This document shows positions 48,648 through 57,983 of a stretch of DNA of 64,000 nt, piece by piece (position 1 is the stretch's first letter; every line of letters begins with the position of its first letter). The notes under the pieces were generated by a model. The model was not told the origin of the DNA, ran no database searches, and saw only the letters and a program-made list of their open reading frames with translations. The translations under genes and the position numbers were made by a program. This DNA is from an uncultured Planctomycetia bacterium (lineage in GTDB: Bacteria > Omnitrophota > Gorgyraeia > Duberdicusellales > Duberdicusellaceae). The stretch is taken from contig CAZWJT010000007.1 of assembly GCA_964634935.1 (NCBI GenBank), forward strand, positions 13,808 to 77,807, read 5' to 3'.

Positions 48648-49172
48648 ATGATCAAGAAAACCTTGTGGCTATTTCTGTTGACTTGTTCGTTTGGTTTTTC
48701 GTGTTTTGCGGTTTCTGATCCTATTGACATTAAAAATAATGTTCTTGATAAATTGGATATCCCTGTGTATCCTTCGATGCAATCGCCCGAGGCTTACGGG
48801 ATTTCGCTTAATTATACCCTGCAGGATACTTGCGTTGATTGCGTTATTTCTTTCTTTAAAACAGAACTCAAGAAAAAAGGCTGGAAGGTTGATGACGAAA
48901 AACTTGACCGAAGTTTTCAGGAGGCTTTTAGCAAGGTTCGCGGTCAGCTTGAGGGAATGCAAGGAAGTTATCCGCAGGGTTTTGATACGAAAACAGCAGA
49001 AGCGATACTTTCCGGGAAGAACGACAGTTACATTAAGGAACAAATTAAGAAAATGTCTCCAACGGTGATTGAGGCAAGAAGAGAAGAAGACGGGATCATT
49101 TGCCGTATTTTTATCCATGGAACTTCGGGGACCCAGGGAATGAAAATAACTTTAACGCTTTCTGCCCAATAA
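48648..49172 (+). CDS. Secreted hypothetical protein (174 aa) inserted between cassettes B and C
   Basis: Good SD AAAGGAGAAAG; signal peptide; lacks the (Y/F)(Y/F)P-x-P N-terminal motif of the cassette proteins. Confidence 0.5.
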   Translation: MIKKTLWLFLLTCSFGFSCFAVSDPIDIKNNVLDKLDIPVYPSMQSPEAYGISLNYTLQDTCVDCVISFFKTELKKKGWKVDDEKLDRSFQEAFSKVRGQLEGMQGSYPQGFDTKTAEAILSGKNDSYIKEQIKKMSPTVIEARREEDGIICRIFIHGTSGTQGMKITLTLSAQ

Positions 49173-49178
49173 TACTGA

Positions 49179-50558
49179 ATGCGGTTGACGCTTGACAGAT
49201 GCTCTAAAAAAACATCGTGCGGTGTTTTTTTAGGGCTTTTGTTCTTTGGGGTAGGTTTTTGCGGTTATACCGCCTATGCGGCAAACGATCTTACTGTCGA
49301 TACCTATTATCCCGCTCCAGCGTTAAATTACAAAGAAGCAAAGGCTCATGATTTTTCTTCACGCGATACTGAGGTAAAGAAGAAGATTGAGAAGCAAGAC
49401 CGGGCTTTTCTTGCTTCGGTTGATTCCCTGGATAAGAATCAATTTCCTACAGCTGGCGCAAAGGATTTTACAGACGCAGCTGATTCAATCTATATCGGAC
49501 TCTTCCGTGATTCTTCAAATGCATCCAATGTACGTCCTTTGCGCGTATTGAACGGAGCAGCGTTCGCCCCTACATCATCGCTCATTATCAATAAGGCGCG
49601 GCATGTATCGTATCTTACTGAAAACGGGGAAACAATGAGTATGTGGCCTGGATTAGGACGATGTGCTTCCCGTAGTATTTGGAAGCTCATTGCCGGATTC
49701 GCCCAGTGTGCCAGCGATGAATATCTCGCAGATTATTCGGAAAGTCCTGGTTTGTATCTTGGTGGTGGCGTAGGAAGCGCCAGCATGGGCAATATGGGTG
49801 GGGGAATTGGCTTTAAAATGTCGACGATTAACTATACCTGCTGTAAGTTGCGAGGAGATGAAGAGCCGGTAACCAGTATAGACGGATGTGTTACAAAACA
49901 AAATGACGCCGAGACAGCACGGCGTAATCTGGATCTTGCCAAATGCAGGTATATCCAAGCGATTCGTGATGCAAAAGCCGCAGGGTGTAATCACAGCAGA
50001 GATTTTGCTTGTTTCGGGAACAGTTGTCAAGATACAGGGGCGACCTGCACAAAGCGATTTGAAGATATGTCTATTAATGAAAACGCTTGTCCGTATTTAT
50101 TAAGCGGGCAACCTGTACCGTCGCCTCTACCGGCTGATTCAAGAATGCCCAGTCTTTTAGCTTTACTTGGGCTTATACCTTCAGAACCTCCCTCTATATG
50201 TTATGCAGGATGCACCGAATGTTCAACGTTCTGTTGTGGGTATGATTCAGCGGGGTTTTGTACCTCAACCTGCTGTAATTCTTGGGACGTCTGCAACGAG
50301 GCGGATTGTCAAAGTCGGATTGCAGATATAGACCAGAAAAAACAAGATATTGAGAATGCCCGGGCGCAGCTGAGGAATGTGCTCGAGGATTTATGTAATA
50401 CGTGCGTCTGCGGCCGCTGGGATGGTATTCGTTCTGAGATTGAAGCTTTCGTCCCTGGTTTGGATCTTGCCGGTTACATCGGTTCCTTGCTCAATCCGGG
50501 AGAATCTCTCTGTGATAATATGTGTAGTACTCAGATGCTTGACGCCGCGATACAATAA
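49179..50558 (+). CDS. Cassette C, type-1: secreted Cys-rich protein (459 aa)
   Basis: Signal peptide, TVDTYYPAPA motif, WPGLGRCA, YTCCKL, C-terminal LCNTCVCG as in A1/B1 (LCNCACQG / YCTCVCN). Confidence 0.65.
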   Translation: MRLTLDRCSKKTSCGVFLGLLFFGVGFCGYTAYAANDLTVDTYYPAPALNYKEAKAHDFSSRDTEVKKKIEKQDRAFLASVDSLDKNQFPTAGAKDFTDAADSIYIGLFRDSSNASNVRPLRVLNGAAFAPTSSLIINKARHVSYLTENGETMSMWPGLGRCASRSIWKLIAGFAQCASDEYLADYSESPGLYLGGGVGSASMGNMGGGIGFKMSTINYTCCKLRGDEEPVTSIDGCVTKQNDAETARRNLDLAKCRYIQAIRDAKAAGCNHSRDFACFGNSCQDTGATCTKRFEDMSINENACPYLLSGQPVPSPLPADSRMPSLLALLGLIPSEPPSICYAGCTECSTFCCGYDSAGFCTSTCCNSWDVCNEADCQSRIADIDQKKQDIENARAQLRNVLEDLCNTCVCGRWDGIRSEIEAFVPGLDLAGYIGSLLNPGESLCDNMCSTQMLDAAIQ

Positions 50559-50571
50559 TGGTGGCATAGTT

Positions 50572-51405
50572 ATGAAAATGAACGTTCAAAAAAAAGTAAG
50601 TATCCTCAAGTGCTTTCTCTATTGTTTTTTAGTTATTATTTCTGGTAGCGCGTACGCTGAAGGACAAGAAGTGCAGATGACTACTTTTTATCCGACGCCA
50701 AACGCGGTAACCAAGAATTTCATCGTTGATATTCTTCATATCGAAGATACGACGGGGGTTCCTGGCCCGGTTTTTACCATTACCACGGAAAGTGGAGTTG
50801 ACGGCTGGCTTAAGTTACGAGGAACAAATAGCTCAGGTGTTTTAACAGATGTTCTTGAAATAAATAATCTGGGGCTTGTTTTTCGCAAAAATGCGTACAG
50901 TGATGAAACCAGGGCTTATCCTTCAGTCCAACAACCCGGGATACTGGAACTACGACAATTTGGAACAGGGTCAGATTCTACTCCTGCTATTGAACTCAGA
51001 GGTATCCCTTTGACGCATACTCCGGAACTTGTTGTTTCTGTAAACCCATTCCGCAATAATTTTAATCCATTTAGTGATACTTTTTTTACACAGTATGATG
51101 ATCTGCAAAACGGTTGTTTATCCGCGGGGGGCGATCCCGAAACTTGCTTACAACTTTTAACTCCAATAGGCCGAGCAAGTTTTGACGTGATCACTGCTCC
51201 GTATGCGATTCCGGCATCAGAAAAATATTCTTCGCGGAAAGCGCTTTTCCTCTTGAACCAAACTCCAGAAACTGTTTTTGGGGTTGGGATATATTGTGGC
51301 ACAGGGAATGGCTGGGGTCCGGGTGCGGGTATACTTTTTGGGTTTGGAGGCGGCACAAACGCGCTCTATAAAACATTTAAGTACAGCGTGTATACGGGGA
51401 ATTAA
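50572..51405 (+). CDS. Cassette C, type-2: secreted protein (~277 aa)
   Basis: Start set at ATG 50572; the track ORF from 50377 overlaps C1 and is rejected. Signal peptide, QMTTFYPTPN, G-rich GILFGFGGG and YKTFKY. Confidence 0.6.
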   Translation: MKMNVQKKVSILKCFLYCFLVIISGSAYAEGQEVQMTTFYPTPNAVTKNFIVDILHIEDTTGVPGPVFTITTESGVDGWLKLRGTNSSGVLTDVLEINNLGLVFRKNAYSDETRAYPSVQQPGILELRQFGTGSDSTPAIELRGIPLTHTPELVVSVNPFRNNFNPFSDTFFTQYDDLQNGCLSAGGDPETCLQLLTPIGRASFDVITAPYAIPASEKYSSRKALFLLNQTPETVFGVGIYCGTGNGWGPGAGILFGFGGGTNALYKTFKYSVYTGN

Positions 51406-51406
51406 A

Positions 51407-52006
51407 ATGAGCATGAAAGTCGTTCAACAGTTCTGTATCGTAGCCGTCATTTTTTCTTTACAGGCGATTGTATCTGCCGCGGATGAAACGATACAACTTA
51501 CGCCGTTTTATCCTTCGCCGAAAGGTATCTATAATAGCGTACGCACCACTGAACTGACGACGGTTCAGGATAGTTTGCTGTTATCACAAGATGCGGAATT
51601 AAAATATCATAACGGGAGTTCTTCTCTCAACAACGACAGATTTCTGACAAATCGGCTTTCCTTCAATGGAGAAAAGTACTATACTCCGATACTGAAGACG
51701 CAGATTTTGGATGCGTCTGATATTCTTCCGGCGACAGGCGACTGGAAAGTTCCGCGACCAAGTATTAATTTGCCTTCCATTCCTGCTCTTGCGTTGGGGG
51801 CTTTTACCGGCACGGTCGTGTGCGGTCAAAGCGAGGTGATTAACAGCGTTATTTCAATAAGTACGGCTGTCGGTTTTTGTGTCCCGATTCCTATCGGCGG
51901 CATGGGAGGAACGATGCCAGTTATCTGTCTCGGCCGAGAGGACTTGAAGCTTTTTGGTAGCTGTATGAATACGGATTTAAGTGAAACAGGAATTACCGCT
52001 TTTTAA
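51407..52006 (+). CDS. Cassette C, type-3: secreted protein (~199 aa)
   Basis: Start at ATG 51407, 1 nt after the C2 stop. Signal peptide, LTPFYPSPKGIYN, GEKYYTPILK, VICLG. Confidence 0.6.
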   Translation: MSMKVVQQFCIVAVIFSLQAIVSAADETIQLTPFYPSPKGIYNSVRTTELTTVQDSLLLSQDAELKYHNGSSSLNNDRFLTNRLSFNGEKYYTPILKTQILDASDILPATGDWKVPRPSINLPSIPALALGAFTGTVVCGQSEVINSVISISTAVGFCVPIPIGGMGGTMPVICLGREDLKLFGSCMNTDLSETGITAF

Positions 52007-52080
52007 GACCTTCCCTGTTTTAAAAACAAGAGTTTGTCATAAGATCAGAAGTATGTTTTTTAATTATTTATAATGTTCAT

Positions 52081-54069
52081 ATGAACGAACGATTTAGCCT
52101 CCAATCAAACTTTCGCCCCAAGGGAGACCAGCCGCAAGCGATTGAAAAATTAGTTCGTTTTTTCCAAGAACAAAGAAAGTTTCAGACGCTTGTCGGAGTT
52201 ACTGGTTCAGGAAAAACATTTACTCTTGCCTGCGTTATTGAAAAGATTAATAAGCCGACCTTGGTTATTTCCCACAATAAGACCTTGGCAGCTCAGCTCT
52301 ATGCCGAATTTAAAGAATTTTTCCCCCACAATGCCGTTGAGTATTTTGTAAGTTACTACGATTATTATCAGCCAGAGGCATATATTCCGCAGACCGACAC
52401 GTATATTGAGAAAGATGCTTCAATTAACGAGCGTATCGACCGACTTCGTCTCTCGGCAACCAGTTCTCTTTCCTACCGTCGCGACGTCTTAGTTGTTGCT
52501 TCGGTTTCCTGTATTTATAATATCGGTTCGCCCGATGAATATCAGGAATTTGTGATTTCTTTACAGAAAGGTCAGCACGCGTCGCTTGACGGGATATCTC
52601 AACAGTTAGTTTCGCTCCAGTATGAGCGTGCAGATTTTTCTTTTAAGCGAGGTACCTTCAGGGTGCGGGGAGGGATTTTGGATCTTTATCCTTCCTATAA
52701 AGAGAAAATAATCCGGATTGATTTTTCGGACGATAGAATTTCTGGAATTTTTGAGCTCCATCCAATAAACTTTAAAGTTGAAGGCAGTTTTGAAAAGATT
52801 AATATTTATCCAGCAAAACATTTTTTAATCTCTCGTAATAAGATGGAACCATCGCTCCTTGAAATCAAAAAAGAACTCGACGTACGGTGTAGGGAGCTTG
52901 AGCATCACGGTAAAATTATGGAGGCAGAGCGTTTAAAAAAGAGGACATTCTATGATCTTGAAATGCTCGGTGAGTGCGGATGGTGTCATGGTATAGAAAA
53001 CTATTCCCGGCATTTATCCGGGAGGCCTCAAGGGTCAAGGCCGTATTGTCTTCTTGATTATTTCCCAAAGGATTATTTACTGGTTATTGATGAATCTCAT
53101 ATGACCATTCCCCAGGTGCGCGGCATGTATCATGGCGATCGGTCGCGTAAAGAAGTTCTGGTTGAATATGGGTTTAGACTTCCGTCGTGTCTCGATAATA
53201 GGCCGCTGAAAGGCGAAGAGTTTTTTGGGCTTCTCAATCAGGTTATTTTTGTTTCGGCAACTCCTGCGAAAGAGGAATTGAAGCTTTCCGGAGAGTGTCT
53301 TGTTGAGCAAATTATCAGGCCAACAGGGCTTGTTGATCCTAAGATTGAAGTACGCTCCACCACAGACCAGATTGAAGACTTGGTGAAAGAAATACGCCTG
53401 GTAGCACGGAAAAAACAGAGAGTTTTAGTTACAACGCTCACCAAGCGCATGGCTGAGGATTTGACGGCGTATTTGGAAGACGAAGGAATCCGGGTGCGCT
53501 ATATCCATTCGGACTTTGGTGTTCTCGACCGCGCAAAAATTATTCAGGATCTGCGGAAAGCAGAGTTTGATTGTTTGGTTGGCATTAATTTGCTGCGGGA
53601 AGGATTGGATCTGCCGGAAGTCGCGCTCGTTGCCGTTCTTGATGCGGATAAAGAAGGTTTTCTCCGCTCAGAAGTTTCTCTGATCCAAGTCATTGGGCGT
53701 GCCGCGCGCCATGTTGAGGGCCGCGCGGTCTTTTATGCCGAAACAGTGACTCATTCAATGAAACGGGCCATTGAAGAATCACAGAGGAGGCGCATGCTTC
53801 AGCTTGCGTATAACAAGAAACACAAGATTACGCCGAAAACAATCAAGAAGAAAATTCAGGAAGGGATTGAAATCTGGGCAAAAGCTGAAGAGCTGAGTGA
53901 GATGGTGCTTTCCGAAGAAAATGATGAGAGAGATGTTTTAAGGGCGATTTCAATTCTTGAAAAGGAAATGCTCATCGCCGCGAAAAATCTTAAATTTGAA
54001 AGGGCTGCTGAATTAAGAGATAAGATTGAGCATTTGCGGAAAGCGAAGAAATCAAATCCAAGGGTATGA
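52081..54069 (+). CDS. uvrB: Excinuclease ABC subunit B
   Basis: Walker A GVTGSGKT, helicase motifs, beta-hairpin region, C-terminal UVR domain (…ERAAELRDKIEHL…). Confidence 0.9.
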   Translation: MNERFSLQSNFRPKGDQPQAIEKLVRFFQEQRKFQTLVGVTGSGKTFTLACVIEKINKPTLVISHNKTLAAQLYAEFKEFFPHNAVEYFVSYYDYYQPEAYIPQTDTYIEKDASINERIDRLRLSATSSLSYRRDVLVVASVSCIYNIGSPDEYQEFVISLQKGQHASLDGISQQLVSLQYERADFSFKRGTFRVRGGILDLYPSYKEKIIRIDFSDDRISGIFELHPINFKVEGSFEKINIYPAKHFLISRNKMEPSLLEIKKELDVRCRELEHHGKIMEAERLKKRTFYDLEMLGECGWCHGIENYSRHLSGRPQGSRPYCLLDYFPKDYLLVIDESHMTIPQVRGMYHGDRSRKEVLVEYGFRLPSCLDNRPLKGEEFFGLLNQVIFVSATPAKEELKLSGECLVEQIIRPTGLVDPKIEVRSTTDQIEDLVKEIRLVARKKQRVLVTTLTKRMAEDLTAYLEDEGIRVRYIHSDFGVLDRAKIIQDLRKAEFDCLVGINLLREGLDLPEVALVAVLDADKEGFLRSEVSLIQVIGRAARHVEGRAVFYAETVTHSMKRAIEESQRRRMLQLAYNKKHKITPKTIKKKIQEGIEIWAKAEELSEMVLSEENDERDVLRAISILEKEMLIAAKNLKFERAAELRDKIEHLRKAKKSNPRV

Positions 54070-54791
54070 GAGTATTCTATTTTAAGGAAATTTCTTCGAC
54101 CAATGATGAAGCTGTGCGCATGGCAGAATCTGGAGCTGAAGAAGGCACTGTCGTTCTTGCTGATAGTCAGACCAACGGACGAGGAAGATGCGGGAATGTT
54201 TGGCTTTCGCCTCATGGAGGAATGTATGCATCGTTTGTCCTCCGGCCGAATTTTTCTTCAGAAAACATGTACTTGCTGGGTCTTGTTCTGGGTTTAGCTG
54301 TCGTGCGTGTTCTTAGGCGTGAGCATCTCGATGCTGTTCTTAAGTGGCCAAACGATATCCTGATTTTTGGGAAAAAACTAGGTGGTATCTTAGCGGAAGC
54401 TAAGACAAAAGACAAAAAAATAGACTTTGTTGTTCTGGGGTTAGGTCTTAACGTGAATACAGATTTCTCCCTGCTTTTTTCAGGAGCGACTTCACTGTAT
54501 ATTGAGGATGGGAGAGTCCGTAACATTGAACAGCTTTTTACTGTGTTGTACGATGAATTTCTTAATTTTTACCAGAAGATACCCGATAAAAAACATGATA
54601 TAATACGCGAAATGAGTATATATCTTTCAACGCTCGGTATGCATATCGAAGCTACTCTTGGGGATTCCAAGATCAGCGGTTATGCTCTTTCGTTGCAGGA
54701 TAATGGTCAGCTCTGCGTTCGCACCGAAGAAGGGATGATTTTATATCTTTCTCCCGGAACCGTAACGCATATCCGTGATTATGAAGCTTGA
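54066..54791 (+). CDS. birA: Biotin--[acetyl-CoA-carboxylase] ligase (group I, no HTH)
   Basis: GRGRCGNVWLSP biotin-binding loop motif; 241 aa; overlaps the uvrB stop. Confidence 0.8.
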   Translation: MRVFYFKEISSTNDEAVRMAESGAEEGTVVLADSQTNGRGRCGNVWLSPHGGMYASFVLRPNFSSENMYLLGLVLGLAVVRVLRREHLDAVLKWPNDILIFGKKLGGILAEAKTKDKKIDFVVLGLGLNVNTDFSLLFSGATSLYIEDGRVRNIEQLFTVLYDEFLNFYQKIPDKKHDIIREMSIYLSTLGMHIEATLGDSKISGYALSLQDNGQLCVRTEEGMILYLSPGTVTHIRDYEA

Positions 54792-55530
54792 GAAAGACCG
54801 CGTTATTTTTCTCGATGCCGGGAATACCTCGGTAAAACTTGCTGTTTCCTCAGGTTTGATAACACGCAAAACAGTGCGGGTTTTTCCTTTGCGGGCCGCT
54901 CCACATACAATAAATTCTTTTCTCCAAAAATACCGAGCCTCTCAAGTGTATATGGTAAGCACAAATGTTTCGATTACAAAGAGGCTCCGTTCAGTTTTCA
55001 CGAAGCACAAGCTTGCTATTTTTGAGATAGGGCGGGAAATACAGGTTCCCATGAGAACGCTCTACGGCCCGTCACTTGGGCAGGATCGGCTCCTGGGGGT
55101 TTTTTCCGCCAGCCGGCTTTATACGCGTGTTGGCATGGTTATCAGTTTTGGGAGCGCGGTTACCATTGATTTTCTTTCAAAGCGTGGAGTGCATCGTGGA
55201 GGATTTATTATTCCTGGCCTGTCTTCTTCTTTCTGTGCAATGCAGAAAAATTGTCCGTCACTTTCGCGGGATATTCTTTTTCGTATGCCCAAAAAAATAA
55301 TTGCTTCTACAACTGAGGGAGCCCTGCAGAGTGGTATTTTTTATGGGGTTAGCTTGGAGATTTCCGGTATTATCAAGTATTTCCGCAAACGTAAACAAGA
55401 TTTTCGGGTGGTTGCGTCTGGCGGAGATGTATTTCTAGTTTCTCAGCGTCTATCTGGAATTGATATTATTGAGCCTTATCTTAACCTGGAAGGCCTTAGG
55501 ATAATATATCGAGAATATCGGAGTAAATAG
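54775..55530 (+). CDS. coaX: Type III pantothenate kinase
   Basis: VIFLDAGNTSVKLAV (ASKHA phosphate-1 motif DAGNT) and …GGD… C-terminal motifs. Confidence 0.8.
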   Translation: MIMKLEKDRVIFLDAGNTSVKLAVSSGLITRKTVRVFPLRAAPHTINSFLQKYRASQVYMVSTNVSITKRLRSVFTKHKLAIFEIGREIQVPMRTLYGPSLGQDRLLGVFSASRLYTRVGMVISFGSAVTIDFLSKRGVHRGGFIIPGLSSSFCAMQKNCPSLSRDILFRMPKKIIASTTEGALQSGIFYGVSLEISGIIKYFRKRKQDFRVVASGGDVFLVSQRLSGIDIIEPYLNLEGLRIIYREYRSK

Positions 55531-55644
55531 CCATAATATAGCGAGAAATTGAGATAAATTTCATTAAAATCCTCTATAGTCTATAATAATCCCAATAATA
55601 TCCGAAAATAACCCTTGATTTTTGTAATTTTTACAGTAAAATTA

Positions 55645-55671
55645 TTAGCACTCTCTAAGGCTGTCTGCTAA
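55645..55671 (+). promoter_or_regulatory. CIRCE-like inverted repeat (HrcA operator) upstream of groES
   Basis: TTAGCACTC-N9-GTCTGCTAA versus consensus TTAGCACTC-N9-GAGTGCTAA: left arm 9/9, right arm 7/9, correct 9-nt spacer, about 35 nt upstream of the groES SD. Confidence 0.55.
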
Positions 55672-55706
55672 TTTAAAATAATGGCAATTTAAGAGGAGGT
55701 GAGTTT

Positions 55707-56000
55707 ATGAAGATACAGCCACTAGGAGACCGGGTTGTGGTCAAGCCGCTTGCTGCGGAAGAAAAAACAAAAGGGGGAATTCTTATTCCGGATACAGCAA
55801 AAGAAAAGCCTCAAGAAGGTGAAGTTATTGCTGTTGGTCAGGGTAAGACAGAAAACGGGAAACTAGTTCCGCCGGAGGTAAAACCAGGAGACAAAATTCT
55901 CTATGGGAAATATTCGGGCACCGAAATTCGTTCAAAAGAGGGTGATGAATATTTGATCCTGCGTGAGGACGATATCTTAGCGATTATTAAGGACAAGTAG
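55707..56000 (+). CDS. groES: Co-chaperonin GroES
   Basis: [14 protein letters not shown]… canonical GroES; SD AAGAGGAGGTG. Confidence 0.9.
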   Translation: MKIQPLGDRVVVKPLAAEEKTKGGILIPDTAKEKPQEGEVIAVGQGKTENGKLVPPEVKPGDKILYGKYSGTEIRSKEGDEYLILREDDILAIIKDK

Positions 56001-56012
56001 AGGTAAGGAGGA

Positions 56013-57653
56013 GTGGCTATGGCAAAACAGCTTTTATATAATGAGGAAGCTCGCAACAAAATCGTAAAGGGCGTTGAGGCTCTTGCGCGAGCAGTTAAGG
56101 TAACTCTTGGTCCCAAGGGTCGGAATGTGGTTATTGAGAAAAAGTTTGGCTCTCCGACCATCACCAAGGACGGGGTCACGGTTGCAAAAGAAGTTGAGCT
56201 AGAAGATCCTTTTGAAAATATCGGAGCTCAACTGGTGAAGGAAGTTGCTGAAAAAACTTCCGATAACGCGGGCGATGGAACAACAACGGCGACACTGCTT
56301 GGCGAGATTATTTTTAAAGAAGGCATGAAGAACGTTACCGCCGGCGCGAATCCAATGGCTTTGAAACGAGGTATTGATAAGGCGGTTATTGCGGTAATCG
56401 ATAATTTAAAGAAGATGTCCAAACAAGTCAAGGACAAAAAAGAAATAGCGCAAGTTGCCACGATCGCCGCGAATGGCGAAACCAAAATCGGCGAATTAAT
56501 CGCTGATGCCATGGATAAAGTTGGCAAAGACGGAGTTATTACCGTCGAAGAAGCAAAATCAACGGCAACCACCCTTGAAGTTGTCGAAGGTATGCAGTTT
56601 GACCAGGGGTATCTTTCTCCGTATTTTGTTACCGACCCCGAGAAGATGGAATGCAGCATGGAGGATCCGCACATTCTCATCTATGAGAAGAAAATTTCTA
56701 ACTTAAAAGACATGCTTCCCTTACTTGAGAAAATTGCCCGAAGCGGTAAACCACTTCTGATTATTGCAGAGGATGTTGAAGGAGAAGCGCTCGCGACTCT
56801 GGTCATTAATAATATCCGGAAAACCCTTGTTTGCGCAGCGGTGAAGGCTCCTGGCTATGGCGATAGACGGAAAGCTATGCTTGAAGATATCGCTGTTCTT
56901 ACTGGCGGGACGCCAATTACCGAAGACATCGGGCGTAAGCTTGAAAGTATCGATTTGAATGATTTAGGCCGGGCAAAGCGGGTACGGATTGATAAAGAGA
57001 ACACTACTATTATCGAAGGCGCTGGAAAGACCGCGGCAATTACCGGAAGAGTGGCTCAAATTAAGAAGCAAATTGAAAACACAGATTCTGATTACGACAA
57101 AGAAAAACTGCAAGAGCGTTTAGCGAAACTTTCTGGCGGTGTCGCAGTTATCAACGTTGGTTCTGCGACTGAAACAGAAATGAAAGAAAAGAAGGCTCGT
57201 GTTGAAGACGCGCTCCATGCGACCCGCGCCGCTGTTGAAGAAGGTATTATCCCTGGTGGAGGCATCGGGCTTTTACGCTCAGTGAGCATCGTTGAAAAAT
57301 TGAAACTAGAGGGCGATGAGCAAATCGGTGCACGAATTATTCGTCGGGCTATTGAAGAGCCGATTCGTCAGCTTCTTGCAAACGCGGGACTCGAGGGTTC
57401 GGTTATTGTTGAGAAATTAAAGTCCGAGAAAGAACATGTGGGATTTGATGTTGAAAAGGGTGAAGTTGTAGACATGCTTGAGGCAGGGGTTATTGATCCG
57501 ACAAAAGTAACTCGTTCAGCCCTTGAGAATGCGGCATCGATTTCCTCACTTTTGATTACAACCGAGTGTATCATCGTTGAAAAACCGGAAAAAGAAGCTA
57601 AGACACCTCCAATGCCACCAGCTGGTATGGGCGGCGGTTACGGTGACTATTAA
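56013..57653 (+). CDS. groEL: Chaperonin GroEL
   Basis: [11 protein letters not shown]…[11 protein letters not shown]… canonical GroEL, C-terminal GGM-like tail (MGGGYGDY). Confidence 0.95.
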   Translation: MAMAKQLLYNEEARNKIVKGVEALARAVKVTLGPKGRNVVIEKKFGSPTITKDGVTVAKEVELEDPFENIGAQLVKEVAEKTSDNAGDGTTTATLLGEIIFKEGMKNVTAGANPMALKRGIDKAVIAVIDNLKKMSKQVKDKKEIAQVATIAANGETKIGELIADAMDKVGKDGVITVEEAKSTATTLEVVEGMQFDQGYLSPYFVTDPEKMECSMEDPHILIYEKKISNLKDMLPLLEKIARSGKPLLIIAEDVEGEALATLVINNIRKTLVCAAVKAPGYGDRRKAMLEDIAVLTGGTPITEDIGRKLESIDLNDLGRAKRVRIDKENTTIIEGAGKTAAITGRVAQIKKQIENTDSDYDKEKLQERLAKLSGGVAVINVGSATETEMKEKKARVEDALHATRAAVEEGIIPGGGIGLLRSVSIVEKLKLEGDEQIGARIIRRAIEEPIRQLLANAGLEGSVIVEKLKSEKEHVGFDVEKGEVVDMLEAGVIDPTKVTRSALENAASISSLLITTECIIVEKPEKEAKTPPMPPAGMGGGYGDY

Positions 57654-57672
57654 GGTTTAAGAAGGATCCTGC

Positions 57673-57712
57673 GAGGGAGATTCCTTACACAAGGAATCTC
57701 CCTCTTTTTTTT
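57673..57712 (+). terminator. Rho-independent terminator after groEL
   Basis: GAGGGAGATTCC-loop-GGAATCTCCCTC hairpin followed by TTTTTTTT. Confidence 0.8.
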
Positions 57713-57983
57713 GTTGTTTAAACCAGAAAAATTCTATATAATTTATATTTCAAGTTCCTAAGTAATTTAAAATACAGAAATACCTATATGCAACGGCAGG
57801 GATTTTATAATGAGGAAATTAGGTTATTTTCTTTGAAGTTACATAAGCCATATCCATACGATGTGTAACCTATTTGGTAAATTTTCAAGTTCTCTGAGAA
57901 CGTGGTAACTTTTTCTAGGAAAAGCGCCTTAAGAAGGGGAATTGTCGGCATGGAGTTTTCTATTTTGGACAAAGCAATACTGA

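Noticed and set aside
50377-50571. Upstream extension of cassette gene C2 starting at 50377
   Set aside because: It would overlap C1 by 180 nt. The ATG at 50572, just after the C1 stop, gives a canonical signal peptide.
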